Virus genome (UHGV): UHGV-0111856 | Reading direction: 5' to 3' (one strand) | Length of the DNA stretch: 47,833 nt | Source of the DNA: a virus | Shown: piece after piece, positions 16,726 to 25,240 of the stretch | How positions within the stretch are numbered: position 1 is the first letter of the stretch | How the letters are laid out: every line of letters begins with the position of its first letter | Notes under the pieces: generated by a model | What the model was told of the DNA's origin: nothing | The model's input: the letters and a program-made list of their open reading frames with translations, nothing else | Databases searched by the model: none | Position numbers and translations under genes: made by a program

Positions 16726-17275
16726 ATGCAGATTCCAAAAACAAGAAAAGATGCTATATGCCTTGGCGTTAAATTCTACAACACTGGCAGGACATGCAAG
16801 AACGGGCATCAATGTGATAGACACGTTGGTTATGGGTGTGTGGATTGCTTGAGGTTAATTCAGCAGGATTACAGAAAAAGAAACCAAGATAAAATACAAA
16901 AAAAGAACTCCAACTATAAGAAAAATAATGCAACAAAGATTGCAGAGCTAAACAAAAGCTATAGAGAAAAAAAACAGAAGTAAAAGGAAATGCCAAAATA
17001 AGAAATACAAAACACAGTCTAGACAGGCATCTCAAATATCATTAACAGAATGGGACGAATTTGTTATTTCTGAGGCGTACCTTTTATCTCAAGCGAGGAC
17101 AAAAGAGACAGGTTTCGATTGGCATGTTGACCACATGATTCCATTAAGAGCAAAATATGCAAGCGGTTTGCATTGCGCCAATAATATACAGGTTATTCCT
17201 GCTGTTATGAATCTTAGCAAAAGAAACAAAATGATTCTTACAGAGCCAGTGGAATGGATAAAAACAGCCCTCTAG
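16726..17275 (+). pseudogene. zinc-loop HNH endonuclease gene interrupted by a frameshift at an A8 homopolymer (16965-16972)
   Basis: frame 1 encodes the Cys/His zinc region (CKNGHQCDRHVGYGCVDC) and stops at 16981-16983; the next frame continues from 16952 with no start codon and encodes WHVDHMIPL...GLHCANNIQVIPAVMNLSKRN HNH motif up to TAG 17273-17275; removing one A restores a single ORF. Confidence 0.6.
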
Positions 17276-17290
17276 CGAGGGCTTTTTCTT
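17262..17290. terminator. bidirectional terminator between HNH gene and terminase gene ends
   Basis: GCCCTC-tagc-GAGGGC with T-runs on both strands. Confidence 0.6.
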
Positions 17291-18713
17291 ATCTCCTGCT
17301 TCTCCTAATCCATCCAGAGCCACGCTGCACAATGTGGTCTCCAAGGCCATAGCGCAAACTATCTGTGGCGTGGTTGTGCTTGTCGATGATATCAGGAAGT
17401 ATATTTCCCGTGAGCTTGTCCACTTTGTAGCTGTAAAGAGTAAACTCCTCAATGACAGTCTTACATCTTTCGTGAACAAAAATCCTGTCACAACCCCTGA
17501 GCCATGTGATTCCGTCCTCAATGCTGCCCGGCCACTTTGCGCACGGATGGATATCAAATCCTGAGCGCTTTATATGGCTTATTGTTTCTGGCCTTGCGCA
17601 GTCACCATACCATCTGTATTTTTCTGAACCCGGGAATGCCAGTCGCATAGCTTCTGGCGTATCAGTTATCTCAAGACCAACCTTTGCAAAGTCGCGGTAG
17701 ATATACAGGTTTCTTCTTCCGCCGCCCAAATCCTCGACATAAGATTCAGTTGCTGCCGTAGCATCCTGCGAGAAACCAAAGTCAATGCCATAGTAAGGCC
17801 CTCCCCAATCTGGCGATGGCTCAAAATCAAGAGTCTGCCATTTACCCCCAAGCACGGCCTCATCTGAGCGCCGGTTAAACAGTCCCTCATAAACCCACAG
17901 ATAGCGGTCATAATCTACCGCCTTCATTTGGTTCATGTGCTGTTTAAGTTCCTCAGTAAACCACGGGTTATGGATGTAGTTGACATTTACAACGACAATA
18001 TCATCATCCTGATATATCCCGTCTACCATCTTATCAACATATGGCTCAACAAAGTTTGTCCACGTGGGGTCAGTTTCGCGGTTGGGGTTAAAAACAATAA
18101 TAATTTCAGAACCTGACGCGCGAACCGTTGGGATGAGCGTGTCCCATGACACCTGGCTTATATTCTCGGACTCTTCGCAGAACACGTCAGTAAGCCCCGC
18201 CATCCCTTTAATGGCCGTGATATTGCGCCACATGCCCCTGAACACGAACTTTGACCGTGTGCCATAGTGCGTTATCTCGCCATCAACGCAGCGATATTCT
18301 TGCGCGTGGCCCTTCCTGTTGATTTCATCAACAAGCTCTGTGTAGCTTGATTGCTTGATTGAGTTCTGAATTTCCCGGAAGCAGCCAACCCTGCAATTTC
18401 TGAACCTTGCCTTTTCGATAAGATAGGAAACGACGTTAGCCGTTTTGCCGCTGCCCCTTCCGCCATAGAAGACCTTAAACCGGCGCGGATAAAGCAAAAG
18501 CTCCATGCGTTCAGGGATTAGTATTGTTGGCTCTTCAGTTGTCTCTGATACGCCATCCTGAGTCATTTTAAGTCGCTTGATAACATTTGGCGTGCCATCT
18601 TCAAGCAGCTTATCGACAATGCCGAAAACAGCAGAGTCAGGCTTCTCTATGGAGTTACCAACCGCTTCTTCCAGCTTTTCGATTGCCAGTGCAGAGAGGC
18701 GCTTACGAGCCAT
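17289..18713 (-). CDS. terminase large subunit
   Basis: Walker A YGGRGSGKT, C-terminal nuclease-like region; ATG at 18713 chosen (ORF-track start 18731 is TTG). Confidence 0.85.
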   Translation of the reverse strand: MARKRLSALAIEKLEEAVGNSIEKPDSAVFGIVDKLLEDGTPNVIKRLKMTQDGVSETTEEPTILIPERMELLLYPRRFKVFYGGRGSGKTANVVSYLIEKARFRNCRVGCFREIQNSIKQSSYTELVDEINRKGHAQEYRCVDGEITHYGTRSKFVFRGMWRNITAIKGMAGLTDVFCEESENISQVSWDTLIPTVRASGSEIIIVFNPNRETDPTWTNFVEPYVDKMVDGIYQDDDIVVVNVNYIHNPWFTEELKQHMNQMKAVDYDRYLWVYEGLFNRRSDEAVLGGKWQTLDFEPSPDWGGPYYGIDFGFSQDATAATESYVEDLGGGRRNLYIYRDFAKVGLEITDTPEAMRLAFPGSEKYRWYGDCARPETISHIKRSGFDIHPCAKWPGSIEDGITWLRGCDRIFVHERCKTVIEEFTLYSYKVDKLTGNILPDIIDKHNHATDSLRYGLGDHIVQRGSGWIRRSRR

Positions 18714-18858
18714 GGCGGGATGTTCCCACAATAGTAATTATTGTTGCTGACATCATGAACATGATGCCCCATATCGCAGATGCAATATCGTTTGACTTAT
18801 CACCCATAGCAAACATGAGCATGGCACAGACCATTAGTGACATTGATAGTTTAAACAT
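18703..18858 (-). CDS. possible 51-aa membrane peptide between small and large terminase genes
   Basis: start embedded in TerS stop (AATGTTTAA), stop overlaps TerL start; Met-rich and hydrophobic; could be spurious. Confidence 0.3.
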   Translation of the reverse strand: MFKLSMSLMVCAMLMFAMGDKSNDIASAIWGIMFMMSATIITIVGTSRHGS

Positions 18859-19330
18859 TCTGCGCCTCCAGTAGCTTCTCAAGTCGCTCAAGGCGCGCCG
18901 CAAGCTCTGTTACCTCTTCGATATCAAGCCCGGCCTTCAGGATGTCCGCCATCATCTTGCCAATGTCGGCCGGAACAACGCCAGTAGAGACACCCTTGAT
19001 AATCGCATCCATCTTCTGTACAGGCGTGCCGTCAGCAGGGAAATCAAACTCAACAGGGGGCGCTACAGGCTTTGGAATTGGGTTCAGTCGCAGGAATATC
19101 TCACGCAGCATGCCGGTAGCCTGAGCGTCTTCGCATGTCATCGCCTTGTTGATGTAGTACGTGACGAACTCAATCTCATTCATCGGCGTATTTGCAGCGC
19201 GTAATGCTTCAAGAAGCACTGTTCTGTAGCTTTTTCCTCTTGGTGGAGGCTGATTGCTGGATGAAAATTTGTGCTTAGGGTTCGGATTTGCCATTTTATA
19301 TGTGTCCTTTGAGTAACTCACATAGGACAT
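18851..19330 (-). CDS. terminase small subunit (by position)
   Basis: 159 aa, basic N-terminus with PPPRGK, coiled-coil C-terminus; immediately upstream of TerL; preceded by a terminator. Confidence 0.5.
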   Translation of the reverse strand: MSYVSYSKDTYKMANPNPKHKFSSSNQPPPRGKSYRTVLLEALRAANTPMNEIEFVTYYINKAMTCEDAQATGMLREIFLRLNPIPKPVAPPVEFDFPADGTPVQKMDAIIKGVSTGVVPADIGKMMADILKAGLDIEEVTELAARLERLEKLLEAQNV

Positions 19331-19344
19331 ATCTTACCACATGG

Positions 19345-19375
19345 CGTAGATAAAAAAAGAACCCGCCGAAGCGGG
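19345..19375 (-). terminator. rho-independent terminator separating early minus genes from the terminase operon
   Basis: AACCCGC-ttcg-GCGGGTT followed by CTTTTTTTAT on the minus strand. Confidence 0.65.
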
Positions 19376-19573
19376 TTAAAGGGTGGTGGGTGATGATTGA
19401 TGAGATGATTGTACATCAGTTTTCGCATAACACCAAACATTACAGTTATTGCTTTTAACGTGAACCACCTCAATCGCATCAGGGAAGGATTTGGCGATTG
19501 CTGCTATGAAGTGGTCTACGCCTTCAATTTGCGCCTCCTGCCACACCTCCTGCTTTGATTTTTGCGGCATCAC
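19376..19573 (-). CDS. hypothetical protein (65 aa)
   Basis: ORF in early minus-strand cluster; two further tiny ORFs (about 52 and 30 aa) lie at 19563-19823. Confidence 0.4.
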   Translation of the reverse strand: MMPQKSKQEVWQEAQIEGVDHFIAAIAKSFPDAIEVVHVKSNNCNVWCYAKTDVQSSHQSSPTTL

Positions 19574-19820
19574 TGATACCTCGTCGTTGAGTACATATAC
19601 CGAAGCATGCTGTTATGTTCAACCACCATCATCATGCTGCCAACCTGAATCACGTCATGATGCTTTCCGGTCTCCTCATAAAGAAAGTCAGCTTCTTCGC
19701 ATGCAGCCTGAATATCGCTCCACAGCATAAATCACCTCAAGATAAAGTAGGCGGCCAGTGCAGCAGCAATCCAGAATGCAACGCAGGCTACAGCAATAAG
19801 TCTGCGGATGATGTAGGGTT

Positions 19821-20294
19821 TCATGACTTACCTCCACTGAGCATGGCGGCGCGGCAGGATTCATATTTTGCTATCACAGCCAAAACACCGTGATTCCAGG
19901 CATGCTCATCAATTGAATCGCACGTTTTACATTCTTCAATTGCCGCTTCGAATATCGACACATCATCCGGCACTACCGGCGCTGGATGCACTGGCGGCAT
20001 ATCTGGACCTTTGCGAATGGCTTTTGCCAGCTCGATAGGGTCATCGTAAAGCCAGTCTCCGGTCTGAGGGTGATTTGACTCCGCCAGTCTGGCTGACCAC
20101 TCAAGACCATCTCTATGTCCCTGTAGGTAGTCGAGAGGCAAACACCCAGACTCGCTGTCCATTGCGGCCAGCGCCATGCGGGCCAATTCATTCACTTCCT
20201 TTAACCCAAGAAGCCACGCTCCGGGGTTGGACTTGCAATATTCAGCGTTAGCTAAAGTCTCAAGGCGCTCTCTGGTTATGGTTGATTTGGTCAT
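19821..20294 (-). CDS. hypothetical protein (157 aa)
   Basis: strong AGGAG RBS. Confidence 0.5.
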   Translation of the reverse strand: MTKSTITRERLETLANAEYCKSNPGAWLLGLKEVNELARMALAAMDSESGCLPLDYLQGHRDGLEWSARLAESNHPQTGDWLYDDPIELAKAIRKGPDMPPVHPAPVVPDDVSIFEAAIEECKTCDSIDEHAWNHGVLAVIAKYESCRAAMLSGGKS

Positions 20295-20346
20295 AACTTA
20301 ATCTCCTCGCAGTTATGGCTGCCGTTAATAGACTTCCCGCAAACAA

Positions 20347-20973
20347 TTACCTTCTGGCCGGTAGTGACAGTAACTGTGCCGTCATCGCATTGCGCAGCTG
20401 CTGGGCGTAGTAGTCACGCAGCGCACAGGCCGCAACAGAAATAAGCGTGTCAAAATCACAAACAACCGTATCGCCGTTGTGCTGTTCTGAATTTGCGATC
20501 ACCTTAAGGGCACTAACCAGCGGTGCTGCAGCATCAGCCTTAATCGCGGCTACGATGCGATCGGTGGCGGGGGTTTCTACCGAGTCAACCAACCGGTAGT
20601 TGCATGTTTGATAGGTGTGCTGGCTATCGGAGGTATGCAGCCCTTGAGCATCGAATCCTTGAGCCTGTTGAATCACGATACCCCATGACACGCGCTGAAC
20701 ATCTTCGCTCCAGCCGTCGTCTGCGTCCTCACGGTATGCGTCAATCTCAGCCTGTGCTGTGTCGATAGCGCTCTGCTTGTCTTTGAAATAATCAAAACCG
20801 TATTCAGGCGAGTAAGCGAAGTAAGTTACGCCAGCCTTCAGCGCCACATTCTCCGCAGCAAGTTGCACGCACAGCTTTGCAACTTTGAGGTATTTTTCCT
20901 CTTTAATTGAGAGTTCACCACTGTCCTCAAGGTTTTTAATAATTTCCTGAACTTCGTTAATTTCGATATCCAT
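20347..20973 (-). CDS. hypothetical acidic protein (208 aa)
   Basis: GAGGA RBS. Confidence 0.5.
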   Translation of the reverse strand: MDIEINEVQEIIKNLEDSGELSIKEEKYLKVAKLCVQLAAENVALKAGVTYFAYSPEYGFDYFKDKQSAIDTAQAEIDAYREDADDGWSEDVQRVSWGIVIQQAQGFDAQGLHTSDSQHTYQTCNYRLVDSVETPATDRIVAAIKADAAAPLVSALKVIANSEQHNGDTVVCDFDTLISVAACALRDYYAQQLRNAMTAQLLSLPARR

Positions 20974-20979
20974 AAATCC

Positions 20980-21258
20980 TCACTTAACCGCCTGTAAACG
21001 CTCAAGCTCACGCATCAGCGCAGATACCCGGCGTTGCCGCAAAGTCTCCGCATGCTCTTTTGCCTGCTGCTCATCAAGCCAGTATTCACCACGTTTAAAG
21101 TAAACATCACCAACCACAGCAACCTGCCCATCAGCAAACAACTGTGCGCTTTCGTACTTCTGAATGCCACGGGTCAGCGCGCACTTCGTGACCCATATAG
21201 TCTCAGCGCTTGCCGAGTTAGCGATAACCAGTAAAACTACTGCCAGTAATTTATTCAT
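20980..21258 (-). CDS. secreted small protein (signal peptide)
   Basis: N-terminal LLAVVLLVIANSASA-E signal peptide. Confidence 0.5.
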   Translation of the reverse strand: MNKLLAVVLLVIANSASAETIWVTKCALTRGIQKYESAQLFADGQVAVVGDVYFKRGEYWLDEQQAKEHAETLRQRRVSALMRELERLQAVK

Positions 21259-21273
21259 CGTTGCTAAACCGGT

Positions 21274-21459
21274 TTAGTTTCCACCAGATGACACGATAAC
21301 CTGCTCAAGCACTCTCTTCTTGCCTTCGCCATTAAAAACACGACAGACGCGCTTACCGTTGCTGTATGCATGCATTGCCTGTGCAGCCATAAAATTCTGC
21401 GCTTTCACTGCGCCCATTTCTGGTTCCAGTTGAGTGCGCGTGTAGATTGCTTTGGTCAT
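21274..21459 (-). CDS. hypothetical protein (61 aa), first early minus gene
   Basis: AAGAGGTGA RBS; promoter 21491-21519 upstream. Confidence 0.45.
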   Translation of the reverse strand: MTKAIYTRTQLEPEMGAVKAQNFMAAQAMHAYSNGKRVCRVFNGEGKKRVLEQVIVSSGGN

Positions 21460-21490
21460 TCTTCATCACCTCTTTGTTGTTGGTGTGGTA

Positions 21491-21519
21491 ACTATACGAT
21501 GGCGCCCAATCTACGTCAA
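21491..21519 (-). promoter_or_regulatory. promoter TTGACG(TAGATT)-N17-TATAGT on minus strand
   Basis: reverse complement reads TTGACGTAGATTgggcgccatcgTATAGT; drives the early minus-strand genes. Confidence 0.65.
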
Positions 21520-21561
21520 TATGATGGTGAAAATAAATATAACACTGTATATTCATTCAGT

Positions 21562-21826
21562 GTTCCCATAATTCCCAACTGTTCCCGGACGAGTTCCCGG
21601 AATTTATTGTTATATATCAACGAGTTCCCGAGTTCCCAGCTTTTTCTTTAGAAATGAATTTTTCCAAAAATTAGAAATTCAATTTTTACTAATAAAAACA
21701 ACAACATCTATTAAAGGTATATATTACTTTTTTACTAGAGGAATTCCCCGGGAACTCGGGAACTCCTCTCCAAGCCTTGGTGCGAGCGGCCTGCGAGTTC
21801 CCAAACTCTCGGGAACTCTTGGGAAC
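21562..21826. repeat. iteron-like array: at least 11 copies of GAGTTCCC / GGGAACTC in dyad arrangement around a 100-bp AT-rich core (candidate origin or operator array)
   Basis: left arm GTTCCC at 21562, 21581, 21593, 21624, 21633 (ATTCCC at 21571), with tandem GAGTTCCC-GAGTTCCC at 21622-21638; right arm inverted GGGAAC at 21750, 21758, 21811, 21821 plus GAGTTCCC at 21795 forming GTTCCC-N8-GGGAAC palindrome; centre 21640-21740 is over 80 percent AT with internal direct repeats. Confidence 0.6.
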
Positions 21827-21889
21827 TGGCCAAAAAGTGACCAGGTGGCATATTGCAGCGATAATGGGTGTTTATTTTGGTTAAATGGT

Positions 21890-21921
21890 TTGCTCGAGTG
21901 CAGATTGTTCAGTACAATCTG
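21890..21921 (+). promoter_or_regulatory. promoter TTGCTC-N17-TACAAT with overlapping inverted repeat CAGATTG/CAATCTG
   Basis: -35 at 21890-21895, -10 at 21913-21918; 7-bp inverted repeat 21901-21907/21915-21921 spans the -10; AGGAGG RBS and ATG 21945 downstream. Confidence 0.55.
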
Positions 21922-21944
21922 TATAAAGCAAGAAGGAGGAAGTG

Positions 21945-22223
21945 ATGCACGCAGAAGGCTCAAAGATGAAGTTCGTTTATGACCACCTTGCCGCCATGAA
22001 GAGCGGTGAGGTGATATCCGTCCATTTCGAAAATGATTTATCAGATTCAGTAGTCAGGGGTTACAAAGAAGAGTGCGGCTTATCTGATATCCCTCCAGAG
22101 TACCGGATGAACAGAAACATGTTCCGCTCCTATGCTGCAAAGATTGCCATTGCGCATAACATGAATATTAAGACCAAAAACGGCCCGATGGGTAAATTCC
22201 TGTACATCTGGAAGGTTTGCTGA
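21945..22223 (+). CDS. hypothetical protein (92 aa)
   Basis: AGGAGG RBS. Confidence 0.5.
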   Translation: MHAEGSKMKFVYDHLAAMKSGEVISVHFENDLSDSVVRGYKEECGLSDIPPEYRMNRNMFRSYAAKIAIAHNMNIKTKNGPMGKFLYIWKVC

Positions 22224-23872
22224 TGAATACATACGAAATTATAGCCATGAAAAAATCCGTCGGGAAATCGGATTCATCAACAGACCCGCTCGATGAGGCT
22301 GACATTCCTGAGTTCAGGGAGAAATACAAGATCCCACCAGGTTCACTTGGGGAGTTTATCGAGGAGATAGAGAAAAACTTCGAGCGCCGTGATGATGGCG
22401 AAAAATATCGACTTGTTGGCGCGCTTGGTCTTGCTCAGATAATGGCGGGCAGATTTATCATTGGCCCAACGGGGAGTAAGTGCTCAACTGGCATTTTCCT
22501 CGTGGCGCGGTCTGGAGCTGGGAAGCAAGCTCCGGTAAATTTCATAAAGCAATATGCCGAAGCCTTGATGATAAGTGACCGCCTCTGCACTACTACTGCG
22601 ACATCACTAAAGCAAATACAGACCAGCATGATTGAAGGTGATGGCTCCCTGCTTTACGTGGTAAACGATGACAAGCAGCACATTGACTCATGGAACGACC
22701 CGCGCAGCGCATATCTTGGAGGAACAGCTCCGTGGTATCGCGGATTATCTGATGAGGGTGGATGGGTGCCAACAAGGACAATAATCAGGGATATTGAGGA
22801 GAATATGGCTAAAGCCATGAACCCCAAGACGATAGTTAGTGTTGCTATGGCGGAAGGCTGGATTGTTCCGCGTATTGGCGGTGCGCAGGACGGGATGATT
22901 GATTATAAAAGACTGGCTCAGATGGATCACAGTGTCGGCAGAAACCTGAAAAAAGTGATGGCGGAGCATGAATTATGCACGCGTGATGGAGGCATTGAGA
23001 ACGCGCGATTTATTCCTCTCATCACTGTAACTCCGGTTCAGGGTATTGATGCTGTCAGGTCATGGCAGAAGGACGGCGGCATGGGCAGGACGTTGTTCAT
23101 TCTTGGTCATGGCGATGATGAGGAAATGCCGTTGCTTAAAAGAGAGCAGCCGGCAGGTGAGGTAAACAGGAGGATAGTAAATGAATGGAAGCAAAGAATC
23201 CTGCGCTCAATAACCCGCGTTGAATTTGAAAGCGAAAAGGTAAACGACAGGCGTTATGAGCTTACGTGCCACCTTGAGAAATGTCTTGGAAATGTAGATG
23301 GTGTAATTGGTGATGTTGTCCCACGTGCCGGGCAGATGATTGTAGACCTTGCCTCGATATGCGCATTTGCAGACCTTTCGAGTCGCAATGGAATGACGCC
23401 AGTTTTGTGCGATCGGCATCTTGAATGGGCTTATATGACAGTGATTAATCACCTGCGCTCACTTCGTGATTATATAGAAGGTGATGTTGCATTCAGTGGT
23501 CTTGAAGAGGATGAGTGGGAAAACATCATAGCCAAAATGAGAAAGGTGATGGCCGGGAAAAAATTCATTAATAAGCCTTACACTTCCGTACTGAAAAGCG
23601 GATTGTGCCGTGGTCGAATTGAGACAATCATCAAGGCGGCAAACTCAAATCATCTACAGGTAACGCCTGACAGGTTCATTTCTGAGGTTCTGGTTTCCAT
23701 TACAGAAAACCGACACTCACCTATCGATATTGAGGCTTCTGCTATTAATGGCGGGTCAAAAATCGTATTCAGGGATGAGGGGTCATGGTCTGGGCTGCGA
23801 ATGAATGCCTCGGTGAGAAACATACTTTCAGCTGCTGTTAACAGGATGAAATTCATGAGAGGTCTGAAATGA
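22223..23872 (+). CDS. large hypothetical protein (549 aa), candidate replication initiator by position only
   Basis: TGATG overlap; contains degenerate P-loop-like ARSGAGKQ; no confident motif; first large gene downstream of the iteron array. Confidence 0.55.
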   Translation: MNTYEIIAMKKSVGKSDSSTDPLDEADIPEFREKYKIPPGSLGEFIEEIEKNFERRDDGEKYRLVGALGLAQIMAGRFIIGPTGSKCSTGIFLVARSGAGKQAPVNFIKQYAEALMISDRLCTTTATSLKQIQTSMIEGDGSLLYVVNDDKQHIDSWNDPRSAYLGGTAPWYRGLSDEGGWVPTRTIIRDIEENMAKAMNPKTIVSVAMAEGWIVPRIGGAQDGMIDYKRLAQMDHSVGRNLKKVMAEHELCTRDGGIENARFIPLITVTPVQGIDAVRSWQKDGGMGRTLFILGHGDDEEMPLLKREQPAGEVNRRIVNEWKQRILRSITRVEFESEKVNDRRYELTCHLEKCLGNVDGVIGDVVPRAGQMIVDLASICAFADLSSRNGMTPVLCDRHLEWAYMTVINHLRSLRDYIEGDVAFSGLEEDEWENIIAKMRKVMAGKKFINKPYTSVLKSGLCRGRIETIIKAANSNHLQVTPDRFISEVLVSITENRHSPIDIEASAINGGSKIVFRDEGSWSGLRMNASVRNILSAAVNRMKFMRGLK

Positions 23873-24225
23873 AAGTTAATACTCGCTTTACTGCCGCAGT
23901 TTATTACGCCATGTCAGGCACTCATGATGGCATGTGGTTCGGGTTGCAAGGCGCGGCAGACCAGTGTTTATTTGATGCGTCCGTATTTCATTCTGAGGTA
24001 ATGGATCTTACTCAGGAATGCTTTAATGGTCATTATTTTCTTTGCTTTAGGCGTGGAGTTACGTCTCACGATAATGACTGGAGAGCCATCGCTACTGATT
24101 TAATTTATCGCCATGACGGTGCTCACCAGATACATGCGTGTGGCAAATCAAACACAAAAATGAGAGCAATAAGGCGCTGCTGCAAGGCTATGGATGCTGC
24201 CGTCAAAAAGTACAATCTTGAGTAA
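23869..24225 (+). CDS. hypothetical Cys/His-rich protein (118 aa)
   Basis: TGAAATGA overlap; followed by terminator. Confidence 0.5.
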   Translation: MKVNTRFTAAVYYAMSGTHDGMWFGLQGAADQCLFDASVFHSEVMDLTQECFNGHYFLCFRRGVTSHDNDWRAIATDLIYRHDGAHQIHACGKSNTKMRAIRRCCKAMDAAVKKYNLE

Positions 24226-24230
24226 CAAAA

Positions 24231-24258
24231 AACCCTCCATCAGGAGGGTTTATTTTTT
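24231..24258. terminator. bidirectional terminator overlapping the 3' end of the primase gene
   Basis: AAAAAACCCTCC-atca-GGAGGGTTT-ATTTTTT; the minus-strand primase stop codon (24240-24242) lies inside the hairpin. Confidence 0.7.
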
Positions 24259-25166
24259 AGTGCTTCAAATAATTCTTCTGGTTTATACAGCCTTTTTCTG
24301 ATGGCACTGCTGTAACGGATATCCTGACCATCATCAGTAATCAGTATCGGCAGACCTGCATTCTCGGCAGCGCATACTTCATCGAAATTATTATTAATGA
24401 TGCAGCGTAATTTGGCTCGCTGATCATCGCTCACATTGCGCACAACTTCCCACATATTCTCAGGAGACCAGCAGCACCAGACATGCGCGCCAGTAAGACG
24501 GTGCGCTCGCCAGGCATCGAAGTAATCCGCAACCAGGTATGTCCATTCAGTCTTATCGCCGATGGGTGTCACTGCACCTCGCGTAAGTCTTCCGCGAGTG
24601 TACTCCTGGCTGAAACCTGCGCGAAATGATACGCTTTCATCGTCTGCCAGAAAAGCCACGTTGCACGGCGACATGGTTCCAGCCATATAGAGCGGTATCG
24701 CCACCAGTTCACCAGTTTTGCCGGTTATGGTGTCGCCCCCGGCTTTTTCCATGATGGCCGCCACTTCTTCCTCTGTCAGGTAGTCAGAAGCATGGTTGAC
24801 CTTCGGAAGTTGCTTTCTAATCGCCTCAAGTTTTTCGCGCGGGTGCATGTTAAGAAATCCGGCCAGTGCCTCAAGTGCTTCTGGAAAGCTCATGCCTGAA
24901 AGTTTCATCAGCCAGTTCATGCCGCTACCGGAACCGCACTGATTGCATATTGCTCCGCCATCGCCTTTTGTTTCGAAGTGATTATCCCAACGGAACCGGT
25001 CAACCCCCATGCAATGAGGGCATGGTTGATGTTTTCCAGAAAAAATTTTCCTGTCAATATTCACTATTGATAGCAGCGCGGCCTCCCAGTTGCCTACCAT
25101 TAAAGGCTCTATATCCTTCCAGTCGTATCGCATAATTTCTTCCAGTTGACTATGATGTAGATTCAT
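24240..25166 (-). CDS. DNA primase (zinc-binding N-terminal domain + catalytic core)
   Basis: C-x-H-C...C-x2-C zinc motif (KHQPCPHCMG...AICNQCGSGSG) like phage/plasmid primases; lone minus-strand gene inside the plus-strand replication module. Confidence 0.55.
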   Translation of the reverse strand: MNLHHSQLEEIMRYDWKDIEPLMVGNWEAALLSIVNIDRKIFSGKHQPCPHCMGVDRFRWDNHFETKGDGGAICNQCGSGSGMNWLMKLSGMSFPEALEALAGFLNMHPREKLEAIRKQLPKVNHASDYLTEEEVAAIMEKAGGDTITGKTGELVAIPLYMAGTMSPCNVAFLADDESVSFRAGFSQEYTRGRLTRGAVTPIGDKTEWTYLVADYFDAWRAHRLTGAHVWCCWSPENMWEVVRNVSDDQRAKLRCIINNNFDEVCAAENAGLPILITDDGQDIRYSSAIRKRLYKPEELFEALKNKPS

Positions 25167-25198
25167 TGTAATTTACTCACATGAAACGCGCAAGCGTT

Positions 25199-25227
25199 CT
25201 TGACATGAAACGCAACTGAGTTTAATA
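25199..25227 (+). promoter_or_regulatory. sigma70-like promoter TTGACA-N17-TAATAT
   Basis: -35 at 25199-25204, -10 at 25222-25227; 13 nt before ATG 25241. Confidence 0.65.
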
Positions 25228-25240
25228 TTGAGGTTAACAA

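Noticed and set aside
18272-18466. 64-aa minus ORF and plus ORFs 17334-17700, 17928-18267 within the large terminase region
   Set aside because: Overlap the terminase large-subunit coding frame, which carries Walker A and a continuous 470-aa product
22435-22969. Several 60-75-aa minus-strand ORFs inside the 549-aa plus gene (also 26770-27189, 27249-27617 inside the helicase gene)
   Set aside because: Embedded antisense ORFs without start signals; host genes are strongly supported
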